Below are positions 36,192 to 47,414 of a DNA stretch of 64,000 bases, piece after piece. The notes under the pieces were generated by a model that was given only the letters and a program-made list of their open reading frames with translations, was not told where the DNA came from and did not search any database. The first letter of the stretch is position 1. Every line of letters begins with the position of its first letter. Both the position numbers and the translations under genes were made by a program. This stretch comes from Squalus acanthias (taxonomy: Eukaryota), in NCBI GenBank assembly GCA_030390025.1, contig CM059428.1, positions 92,690,001 to 92,754,000 of the forward strand, given 5' to 3'.

Positions 36192-37662
36192 TGTAGGGGG
36201 TGGTGGTTTGTGTCAGCTTCACCTCTGACTTCTGAGCGGTTCGAATCGCTCCCACTCCCTTGGTTCTAGACCTTGGACTTATTTGGGGGTTGTGACAAAA
36301 AGTGCAGCAGACAACTGGGTTTGATGCAAGAACTTTGGTCTTTATTCAAGAAAGTAAAACACAACACAAACACTCTTAACACTCTAAAAGTGGGGAACAC
36401 TTCGGTACAAACGAGGGAAATAACATTAGAAGAATACTTCACCCCTCCCAATCCCACTTCACTAGCTAGGTTGGACTCCAGAGGACCAGGGATGATACTC
36501 ATCAGAATCCTTGACAGTTGGGTTAGTTCGCGGTTTTGGGGTTCATTCTATATGTCGGTTGGGGTCTGCCGTACCCCGTACGCAGTAGAGGACTTCAACT
36601 GCGTATCTGGTCAGTCTTCGTGAGTCCGCTGATGCGGTAGGGTGCGTATTGGATTTATCAGGTGAGTACCCACTTTTCTTTGGCTTAGAAGTAGGGTTTA
36701 GAGTTTTTTTAGGGAAAATCTTACCCAGAGGTAAGTCAGGAGTAGATTGTAGAGTGGAAACTTTGCGGATCTTCGGTTTTTCTTCGAGTTGGTTTTCTTT
36801 GGTTACGGTGGCCCAATATTGGTACTTGATGTTCGGTTAGTTGTTTTCGTGAGGGCCTTGTTGCCGCGAGGTGTCCGATGGTCACTGAGGCGGTCATTCT
36901 GGTTTCTTCCACGTGTCGGCCTACTTCGTTGAATGGTCTGGCCTTCGAGCTGTCAACCTTCTGGCTGGACACGGAATGCTGAATGGTGGTGCTGGAGCAC
37001 TGTGTTGCGGTGAATGCCTCCGTGGATGTCTTGTTCTTCTTCCTTCCTCTTCTTTTTCAGGTTGAAAACGGGCCTTCAATTATACTAATTGAAGCTTCCT
37101 TATCTGCGCGCCAAATCAGATCCCGGTCATTGTTAGATTTTGGCGGGCTCGTTAACGGTAACTTGTTTGCTAATGTGTGAAGTGGTTTTGGGATGGCTCC
37201 ATCCTGTCGATCTTCTGGCTTGATTGTAGTTAATTGTTCTCAGGTTTTGGTTTCCTGACTGGGCCTGAGATTTCTATAGAGTGGGTCCAAGTGATCTGTG
37301 TTATGCATGGTTTTGATGGGTCCTGTAATTTGGGTGGGACTGCTTTTTCCCTGGGTCTATTGTTAGGATGTTAATATCTGCTGGGGCTTGAGTGAGGTCA
37401 TTACGGTTCCCCAGACAGTGTGATTAACTCCAATATCCAAACTGCTTTTACAGAGGTCGATCCCACCTCCTGTGCAGCCTTATGTTCCTTTACAGGCCCA
37501 AACATGTTTTAAAAATGCCAAAACGTGGTTTTTGGTCTGAATTTCCTTCTGTTAGGCCCAAATACATTTTATCACCCTGAGGTAGTTAGAAAAGAGTCCA
37601 AAGTCCTTTTCCTCAGGGTTTTTCTCCGAGTTTGGGGATCTGCAAATTTTGAGAATCTTACA
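36192..37662 (-). mobile_element. Solo LTR (~1.47 kb), Gypsy- or ERV-type
   Basis: Begins TGTAG, ends TTACA, flanked by the 4-bp direct repeat GCTG (36188-36191, 37663-37666); minus-strand AATAAA at 36346-36341 and TATA-like TATAATT near 37085; CpGs retained. Confidence 0.75.
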
Positions 37663-38164
37663 GCTGATGAATCATCATAGTAAAGTGTGAAACAAGAAAC
37701 ATGCCACCATACTACTGGGATTGTTTTGGTAACTCTCTTCATTACCATAATTATAGCACAAGATGGAACACAGTAAAATGGCTACTATCTTGATTTTCCT
37801 CAATCAGAGTTATAAAATGGCATCATTTTGAAAGCTACATCGATAATCAGTCAACAAACCCCTATGGAACTAATGGTGGATAGTTATACTGTATTGACAT
37901 AGCAACCTATCATGGAACTTTTATCCCTATTTAGAAGTCAAAGGCCTTGGGTCATTAGTCTGCATGTTTAGTTAGTAAAATGTACTCAGAAAACTACATT
38001 GGAATGTTTGTGCAGCAGACTGTTATCTTTGTGTTCTCCAGAGCTTTTTCCACTATTGGAGGAATGTAAAGCTGTAGTAAATTGTATGTTTTCATTACTG
38101 CAAATGTTACAGAATAAAATATTAGCATTTTGTATAAAGCTTATAGCGACCCAGAGTACAATTA

Positions 38165-38300
38165 GGATCATAAAATCATAGAAACATACAGCACAGAAGG
38201 AGGCCATTCAGCCCATTGGGCCTGTGCTGGCTCCTTGAAAGAACAGTCGTATTTAGTCCCACTCCCCCACTTTTTGTCTGTAAGTTCCTCATCCTCAAAT
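38165..38300 (-). mobile_element. CR1 3' tail fragment
   Basis: CATAGAAACATACAGCACAGAAGGAGGCCATTCAGCCCAT, same as the tail near 8170. Confidence 0.8.
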
Positions 38301-40169
38301 TGAACTATATACTTATGGCTTCTTCAGTTTCATTATTCCATGGGTTCCTATAAATGTCTTTTTTCATCCCTTCTTTAAATTTATTTATATATTTAATTTT
38401 ATTTATTCTGTCATTTTTCATCCCAGTTACCATGCTTCTTCAGATTTATGCAATTCTTCTATGTGTTTTAGACTGCATTTACACTACCATTAGAGGAGAG
38501 ATTCTCACTGTACTTCCCTCCAGAGTCAGGTCAGGATTTGACTCCAGATTTACATTACAACTTCTCAAAAATGGTACAAAATGAAACTACTTTGCACCAA
38601 AGCTACAATTTGACTATAAATGCAGCCTTTCAGTCTGAAACACCTCAGCCATAGAATTTGTCACTGAATGTAGGTTGAGCTGGATTTATATCTATTGCAT
38701 TCACTTCAGTGTAACTGTGCAAAGTACTCCTACTGTGGTTATCATTGCAAAATGTAATGTTAAACATGTCCACGCACTAAAGCACATATGCACAACAACT
38801 ACTCATAGGACTGTGAGATTCAGCCCCCTACCAAGTGGTGTATGCTGACAGTATAACTTTATTCTTCTCCCTTCAACTGCTGTCAAAATAACATCAATCA
38901 TATAAAGATGCCATTTAAGTCTTTCCACATCGTGTGCCATTCCTTCACTGAAACAGTGAGCATTCTGCACTGTAACATATCAGATTTGCGTGGGTAGACT
39001 CTTCATTTGCATCCCCCCCCCATTTTCATTCCATATATGGGTGAAAAGAAGCAAAGTTTAATTAAATTTGTAACGAGTCTCAAAGTTAATTTGCACCAAT
39101 TAGAAAGGGCATTGTCAGCTTTGTTGCATACAAACAGTTCAGAGAATCAAAGATGGAGCGGGGGATTTGCATCTGCTGCAACTTTTACAATGAAGACACT
39201 TTTGAACAGTTTCAAGCATGCCACATTCATGGAAAGAAAGCTTTTCTTGTGAGCCAGAAATCCATGACGACAAGATCCCGTTACAGCACAGCCCTTTCAT
39301 TTGGATCAGCAGCTGATTTTGAATGAACTGCAATTTACCATCTCCAGGCATACAGGGCTACAGTTAACATGCAATCTACCCTTTGCATATTCCCCCAGCA
39401 CGTTTACTATCGTACAAAATAAATACAATGTGGGCAGTATGCACGCGCTGCTTGAGTTCTGGACACTGGCCAGTGGTGTGCTAAATGCAGACATTTGGGT
39501 TAGTGTTCCAATGCGAGCAGCTGCAATAATAAAAAAGACATTCATTAGGAACAGGAAAACCTAGAACTGCCGTGACAATGGCTTGACCTTCGGAGAGTCA
39601 GTGTCCCAACTCAGGAGATTCAAAAGGAATGGATGGCGCAGCCACTGAACCTGAATGTAAAGTGTGTTGGAGACTAATGATGAAAAAGACATTTTCTGTT
39701 TTGCAGACATAAAGTAGAAAAATTAGGTCAGTTGATTCCCGTGCTGTAAGTGATGCAACTGTGCTAAACATCACCTTGCACATAAACAGAACCGTTCTAC
39801 TGTTTTCTTCACTTAAATACTACCATTCAAATGATCAACTTACTCTTCTGCAGCTTTTGATTTTTCTTTTATAAATGGGGAATACTTGATGAAGTATCGT
39901 TTCTTAGTCCACCTTTCAAACAATTCATTTCCCGCAGTAAAAGAACAATGACTCAAAAAGCTAGGAATGAGCCATGTTGAATCAATCCTTTAAAATAAAA
40001 TGGTTTGCAGAATTTGCCTCTGCACATGTCCAATGCTATTTCAATATTTGGCTGGTTGGTATCTATGTGATCAAAACAATAAAGGTAGCTTCATTTTGAA
40101 GTTATTTATACTTTAGGCATTAATAGTTAATCACTCTTTGCATGAAGAACTACACATCCTGACACCAAT

Positions 40170-40520
40170 TCTGAACTTGCCCTTTACCAGTTTGTACCTT
40201 TGGCCCCTTGTGCTTTAATTGTAGTTTAACTTGAAATAGCGCAAGGATTTTTATTTGCTATTCCAGTTGCTGTCCTATATGCCTCTGTAAGGTCCCCAAC
40301 TCATTCATCTCTTTCCAAGGCTGACAAGTCCAAGCTTTACAAACCTGTCCTCATAACTCATTCCTCTAAAAGTAAGATCCAGCCTTGTAGTCCTTCTTTG
40401 CACTGCTTATAGGATTTGATTGCTTCCCTTGTACCATGCTAGCCAGAACTAAATGTAACATTCACATTGTAGCCTGACAAGAGCTCTATAAACCTTCAAC
40501 AATAATCTCAGATTTATATT
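40170..40520 (-). mobile_element. Old CR1 ORF2 C-terminal fragment
   Basis: Degenerate similarity to 8440-8705 (CCTTGTAGTCCTTCTTTGCAC..CCAGAACT). Confidence 0.55.
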
Positions 40521-41954
40521 CAATTTATACATTGTTGGATCCAAATTCTACCATTTGGCAATTTTGTCCAGCACTCTGTTTGATGTGTTTCAATACCTTT
40601 GGTGGAAGGGTTTAATTCTTTGTCATCTATTGTAGATGGGGTAATAGATTCCAAGAAATCTAATGGGGAGGGATGTACATTTTGATCCTTGATGACCAAT
40701 TAAGGAGTATCCAACTCCAAGCAAGCAGTTTGCAATGAATAAAGATTGGAGAAAATGGGACAAGAAGAAATGGGCAATGCTGGGTCATTACACACAATTA
40801 ACAGTGTGCAGAACAGCAGCACCTTTACTCCATTCTCTCATTGTGGCACTGCACTGTAAAAGGGCAAGAAAAGTTAAAAGTTCTTTAATGAGGTAAAGAT
40901 GGGTCAATGCAAATCATGAGGCTTGACCTTGTTAACTACCAGATCCAAATAAATGTGTTGCATAACATTTAATGAAGCAGAAGACTTTGCATCTCTCCCA
41001 GAAACATTAACATGCAGCGTACTAAGATTCAATCCGAGTGGAAGATAGGAAGAGGAAACAACAAAGATTTTTGAACACCTTTTTAAACTCTCATATTTAT
41101 AATTCCAACACTGCACTTGAACCCTGTGGAGTTTTATGGACCCTCAAGAGTCCAACTTTGAAACTATCATCTGTAGGAATGGGTCCACGATGCCTGTTTT
41201 GCTTTTATAAGTTTTATAAATATATAGTAGCCAGATGCTTCTCCTGGGAACCTCGGTCAATGACCCCAGCAGACTTTTCAGAGTCGGGGGGATGCTCCCT
41301 CATCCGTATCTCAATGCCAGGTGCACATGCCAATAGGGGCCTATCTAGGTAACATCCGGCTCCAAGAGGCTAGAAGATTTGCCGATGGCTGGTGGGTTTG
41401 GTGGAAGGACAGGGAGTTGTTATCACCCTGGAAAGAAAGCTGATGTGGCCCCATGTTCCCCCTTTGTAAGGGGGCTGTTTTTTTAATTTTAAAATTTTTA
41501 AGCTTTTTCTTTACGGATTCTTGCCAGGTGGGACAACATCTGCCATCTGACAGCCTGGTATGCCTGGCATAGCAACACGGATAATACACCAATCTTTGAG
41601 AGGCATGGGAACTCCCAGCATTCGGACTGGCCTTGTTTGAGTGAATAGGGGCTCTGCCTCTGCTCCACAGAATCCTTGATGTAAGACCAGGACTCAGTAT
41701 GTCCAGGTTCGAGCCTAATTTACAGCCCATGTCAGCACACTTCTGTTGGAGTTACGGCAAGAATGTGTGCGCTGGAGGGGCAGTGGATTTTCACCCCCAC
41801 CGGTGGTAAAACCAGTTGGCAGTAAGTCCCGTGTTATGCTATCAAATGTCAGGATAAGAAGTTTGAATATAATTGATTTGAATAATATCTGTTAGTAATG
41901 TGTTTAATGTTGTGCTTGCACTTTAACTTTCTTGTGTCAATTAAAGGTTGGCAT

Positions 41955-42133
41955 TTACTATCAATGATGTTATCGTATGAATGACTAACACAGTTGTATC
42001 AAAACAACTCGCTACTGTTTTAATGGAGTTGTTAACCCATTTAAATAAATGGATTAAAGCTTCCATTAAAATAGCAGAGAGGAATTTGATACAAGCGTGT
42101 TAGCTATTCATTCGATAATATCATCAATAGTAA
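41955..42133. repeat. AT-rich ~180-bp palindrome
   Basis: TTACTAT..TGATGTTATCG..TAACAC..TTGTATCAAA..TTTTAATGGA / TCCATTAAAA..TTTGATACAA..GTGTTA..CGATAATATCA..ATAGTAA. Confidence 0.85.
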
Positions 42134-42597
42134 TTTGTAATCTAACATAGCTTAATGATGATGATAGCAAGCTACATAAACTGTAATTTTTCTTTGTATC
42201 AGCACAGAATGCTTCAGTCCAGTAAGACTAATAATGCACCTACAAGAGATCGTAGCAATGGTGCTCCATGTTCAGCCAATCAAATATTCGGGGGGAGAAA
42301 TTCGGTATCGCCCCATTTGGGGCGCTAAATTTTGAAATCGTAAAAAATTAACACCAGGCGCTAATGAGTCTGAGGTTTCCCTAAATTGGGTTGGAGCGCT
42401 AAATGAAGCACTAATGACCTAAGCAGGGCGCTACCAGCAGAGCGATAATGAATTTCAGGTGCAATGCAAATGGGAATGATCCTTCAAACTGGCTCCTTCC
42501 AGCTCTTAAAGGGGAGGTTGCATCATTGTGCAGATCCTCATTATCAGCAGTGCTGGCTGTGAAGGCGACCTGCAAACAACTCAATCCCCTGATCGTG

Positions 42598-44291
42598 ATG
42601 GCTGATCCCACTCCCAGCGAGAGAGCTTGTCAGTTCACGGATGAGGCATTGGACGCAGGAGTGGAGCGAAGGAGGGCAGTGCTGTTCCCGGATACTGGAA
42701 GGAGGCCATTGCCCTAGGTATTCAGGGCAATGTGGAGGGAAGTGGCCCAGGAGGTCTCGGCCTGTAGTGTGGGTGAACGCAGCCTGACACAGTGCCAGAA
42801 GAAATTCAACGACCTCACTCGGGCGGTCAAGGTGAGTACATGCTTCAACTAGTCCTACATACCAACATCTGAACCTCAGTCTGTACACACTGCACAAACC
42901 AGCACACCCCCACCACTCACCCACCAAGCATCTGCACCTACTCAAACTCACATCCACATCTCACTCTTTGCCTACAATCACAGCTATTCAACTACGGCAG
43001 GCATATCTACCAAACACATAGCTGGACTCTGACTCACACACATTAATTTCTCTTGCAGGCCAAGATGGCTCACAATAGGAGGGAGCAGCAGAGAAGAGGC
43101 GGGGGTGATGCGCAGCTCCAGCAGCTCTCAGACCTGGAGGAGCGAGTGCTGCGACTCATTGGGCAGCAGGTGGTGGGCGTCATGGCCCTTGGCAACATCG
43201 ACCCCCTTGGGGGCAACAACGGTATGTTCATCCCCTCTCATTCTCTTATCCTACTTCCCCCTCACACCACAAGCCTTTCCCACTTTCCAGCTCCTGATAC
43301 TGTCTGCATTCCTTGCTCCCTTCCTACCCCTCTTCCCTCACCTTAACACGAGTCTTGTGTCTTTATGCTTTCAGAGAATCAGCAACCAGATGACCAGCCT
43401 GTTCCTGAGCCTTCCACTGAGAGGGAGGAAGGAGAAGAGAAGGAGGAGCAAAGCACCGCGTCACTGCATCTCTCACCCGCAAGCACCACCTCAGATACTG
43501 GCACTACGCGATCTTGAGGCAAGTTTAGTGGAGGGGTCTGCACCGGGGACGAGCAGGCTGCAACAAGGCCAGGAGGAAAGGGTAGCTCGGGAGCCAGCTC
43601 CCCAGTGTACAAGTTCACGCCCATTATTTCCACTCTGCAGAGGATGGTGGACTCCCAGAGAGACCGTGGCGACCCAGACCTCATGCCGCGTGTGCTGGGC
43701 GATAAGGCAGCTTCCATTGCAGCACAGGTGGAAGCCGCGCAACGTCTTAGTGCTGTAATGCAGTCTATGGTTGGTGGCATCGAGTCTCAGACTGCTCTCG
43801 TGCAGTATCAGCTTGATACCACGCAAGCTCTGACTGCTGCCATCGTCGCTGGGTGCACCACAGTCCACTGAGGATCTCACGGTGTTGCAGCAGGCCACCA
43901 ATCTGTGCTCCAGCAGATTGGTAGCGATGCTGAGGTGCTCCCCTGGGGGAGTGGGAGTGGGTCAGTGGAGTGGGAAGCTGCTGTCCTCTCTCAGAATGAC
44001 AGCATTCCTGCTCCCACCACTGCCACTCCACCATTGCACTTGTCGCTGTCTGTCATCCAGCCAGCCCAGACTGCCGTCGCCCATCCTGAGGTGGTGCAGT
44101 CTACAGCCGGGCCTTCCAGGCCCAGAGCTGGTCGAGGGCGTCCTGCAAGGCCATCTGTAGTATCTGGCACCGACACTCAGCAGCCTTCCACCAGCCCTGC
44201 TGCAGTCACTGGGGAGACACTACGTAGGAGCACTAGATTAGGAAAAGGCACTGTAAAGAGGGGAAGTAAGGGTTTGCACAAGGATGATTAG
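42598..44291 (+). pseudogene. Harbinger Myb/SANT-like protein (exons 42598-42831, 43059-43221, 43375-44291)
   Basis: MADPTPSERACQFTDEALDA..RRAVLFP..MWREVAQEV..QCQKKFNDLTRAVK|GTGAGT; AKMAHNRREQQRRGGG; GT-AG sites; in-frame stops (e.g. 42715) and a deletion relative to the 47415 copy. Confidence 0.88.
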
Positions 44292-44449
44292 TTAATATTG
44301 TTGCTGTATATATGTGGTTGCTGAATTTGGATAAATTTATTATTGGAATGTTGCAGATTTGGGGCTGTGTCTCATTTCAGCTTTGGGGTGTGGTATGGAA
44401 TGAGAATTTGATGGAATGATGGGGACTGGATGAGCGAATGGGAAGTGGC

Positions 44450-45577
44450 CTCAAATTCATTGGAACCGCAGTCTGATGAGGCGTCCACAAGGCCGATGGA
44501 GTGGCTGGATCCTCCGTCGCTGCTGTTCGTGCTCCTGTACCTCCTCCTCCTCCTCCTCCTCTTCCTCCTCCTGCGGCTATGCCTGGTGGCAATGGCTGTG
44601 CCCTCATGATGGCCAAGTTGTGCAGCATGCAGCAGACGACGACGAAAAGGGATAGCCGCTCAGCCGAGTACTGGAGGGCTCCTCCTGAACGGTCAAGGCA
44701 GCGGAATCGTTGCTTGAGCACTCCGATGATCTGCTCGATGATATTCCTGGTGGCAGCATGGCTCTCATTGTATGAGTGTTGGGCACGAGTGCTGGGGTTG
44801 CAGGGGGAGTCATGAGCCAGCTGGAGAGCGGATAGCCCTTGTCTCCCAGCAGCCATCTGCTAGCTTGATGTGGTGGCTAGAAGAGGGCTGGTACACCGGT
44901 CTGACGCAGGATGAAGGCATCATGGCTGCTGCCAGGATAGCGGGCATTGACGGTGAGGATGCGTTGTGTGTGGTCGCACACCAACTGCCTTTGCGGTTAC
45001 GGAATACCTCAGGATTGTTATGAGGTGCCCACAAAACGACATGGGTGCAGTCAATGGCACCCTGCACCATGGGGAAGCCCGCTATCCTGGCAAAGCCACA
45101 TGCACGTTCGTCCTGCTTCTCTCTGGTCATGGGGAAGGAAATGTAGTCCCTTCTCCTTCTCTAGAGAGCATCTGTGACCTCGTGGATGCAGCAATGGACG
45201 GCAAAATGTGATATGTTAGATACGTCTCCTGTTGCACACTGGAAGGATCCACTGGCATAGAAATTGAGGACGATGATGACCTTGACTGCCACTGAGAGAG
45301 ACGTGGTGCTCCAGATGTGAGGTTCGAGGTCTGGCTGCAGGAGGTGGCAGAGCTCTGTGACCATGTCCTTGGTGAAGCGGAGCCTTCTAAGACATTGCTC
45401 CTCAGTAAGATTGATGTAGGAGAAATGCTGCCAGAATACCCTGGGAGGGTAAGGCCTCCTGCTGAGAGCCCTGTTGGCCCTCCTCCCTCTGGCCAAATTT
45501 TGCAATCTTTCTCTCTGCCTCTGCTGCCTCTGACGGTGACGCTGGAGGACGAGGTCCAGTGCCAGTACAGCCCCCAT
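44450..45577 (-). pseudogene. HARBI1-like DDE transposase, frameshifted
   Basis: CLRRLRF, LNFYASGSFQ, GFPMVQGAIDCTH, FRNRKG, YPGSSHDAFIL, LLGDKGYP, HAATRNIIEQIIGVLKQRFRCLD, CCMLHNLA. Confidence 0.93.
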
Positions 45578-45750
45578 TAAATGATGGAAATGTTGCAATA
45601 TCAAATGTAACCCAAATGAAAGTGATAAATTTTTCTCAGCCAGAATATTCCTTCAAGTTGAAAACGCTCAAATCGCTCAAAACGCCTGTTTGCTTTTATC
45701 AAACTGACAAGGCAGCATTCTTTGCCGACAAAAAAAACGGAAGTTGACGC

Positions 45751-45760
45751 CTTTATATAG
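45751..45760 (-). promoter_or_regulatory. TATA box of the Harbinger transposase gene
   Basis: CTATATAAAG on the minus strand ~175 bp upstream of ATG 45577; the equivalent position in MITE 53800-54693 reads CTATTTAAAG. Confidence 0.55.
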
Positions 45761-46552
45761 CGCTCCTCAAGCACTCATCCGATTGAATCCTGCCTCCTCT
45801 ACCTGTCGTTGCTAATGGCAGGCGCTCAGGCAGGGGGCGAGAGTGAATTTCAGAGCCGGGGCGCTGTGCACCCAGATGACATCATGATCTCCGGCCGCAG
45901 GAGAGCGTGGCGCTAGTGGTTACCGCCATCGCAAACCTCCACTTCAATTTTGTGGATGTCGGTACTATCGCCACGCCCAGTCGCAAAGCCGGTAACGCCC
46001 CGTTAGCGCCCCCCGGAGGTGCTAACGGGAGGCGCTAAGGTGCCCAATTTCTCCCCCTAAGAGACAAGGGTTGCTTTTTTTTAACCTCTAGCTCCTGATC
46101 AGGAGCCTTACATGCTAAGAACAAATCTTGGTGATTCAGGAATCCATCTGACCTGCCCACGATTTTCTGACCTTTTTTTAGATGGCTGGAAAATCTTATG
46201 CAGTATGCACCAGAATTTCTAATATGTGCTCTTGGCAGTTGAGGTTCTCTGCTGGTAACTGAAAGTCGGAACATTACCCTGACAGTGTCTGGTCTCCTGT
46301 CTCTGGTTGGGTGGGGTTCAATACCATTCATGCCATTTTCAGTTATTTATCTGTTTAGTCACAATGGTGCACAATCAACAGATAGTGGCCCCTTTAACTC
46401 CCAGCGATCCAGCACAGTAACAGTGATGTGAAAGCAAACTGAAAGAACATTTAGCATTTTACCATTCATCCAGTGTTTAGCATCTTAATGGTAAGAATCT
46501 CAATTAGTGCTGAGGTATGTAGTACAAATAAAGCTTGCTTCAGGGATCTTCT

Positions 46553-46815
46553 GGTGGCTTAGTGGCTAAATGTTGTGCTGGTGTGGTACTGAGCCATACA
46601 GCCCACAAAGACCCCAGATGTGATCTACAGCCTGTGCTGAATGTACTGACCTTGGCTGGAATGACCGTGTGACACTAGAGTTTAGCCTCATTGCACCTGG
46701 GCAAATGAGAGGAATAATCAGCTTTTGATTAATGTCTTGTGACCCATGCTGGAAACTGCATGTATGTGAATGGATCAGGTTAGGATCAGGGTTAGCTATG
46801 ATACCCTTACATGAA
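46553..46815 (+). mobile_element. Old tRNA-derived SINE
   Basis: GGTGGCTTAGTGG A-box head; body similar to 2905-3135. Confidence 0.55.
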
Positions 46816-47414
46816 ATTGTATCATAGCGTGAATCAATGGCTTCAGAAAAGGAGGGAAGAAAAATAAAGACTCATCCAAAACATGCAATAACAAGTTGCC
46901 TGTATTGCTTGCTGGAATAGTTCAGTGGACGCAAGATTTTTTTGTAAACTGGTTCAGTTTTATATTGAGAAGGATGCATAAACATTACCGTAGTACCAAA
47001 AAGGTTAATTTATCAGCAAGGTAAATAATAGAAACCACCATTTTCAAATAATGATCATAAAATATGTCTGGAGTCTTACTGAAATGCATTTTTTGCCTTT
47101 TCTTGCAAATCATCCAGCAATCCTTGAAGGATTGTCAGTTTGGTAAGATAAATAATGTAACTATTTAGAAAAAAAACAAGGACCTTCTCAGATGATTGCC
47201 AAAAGTAGGACATTAACAGTTTTGAAGTTATGTAACCAGTAACTGACTGTATCCCTTATGTTGGAACAAAGTTTGCACCCTACATATCAGAATTACATCC
47301 ATACAGTGCAATCATTCCATAAACTCGTGCTGTATCGTTATTAGAAAAGCAAGAGATTAGTATAGATACACGTGTTTGTGTGGTAACATTTGCTATGTGT
47401 AATAACATAATAAA

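Larger units (their letters stand above)
42291..46057. mobile_element. Structurally complete PIF/Harbinger transposon (3.77 kb), decayed ORFs
   Basis: TIRs GGGGGAGAAATT / AATTTCTCCCCC; convergent Myb/SANT gene (+) and HARBI1-like DDE transposase (-); TSD not preserved (TCG/TAA). Confidence 0.93.
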
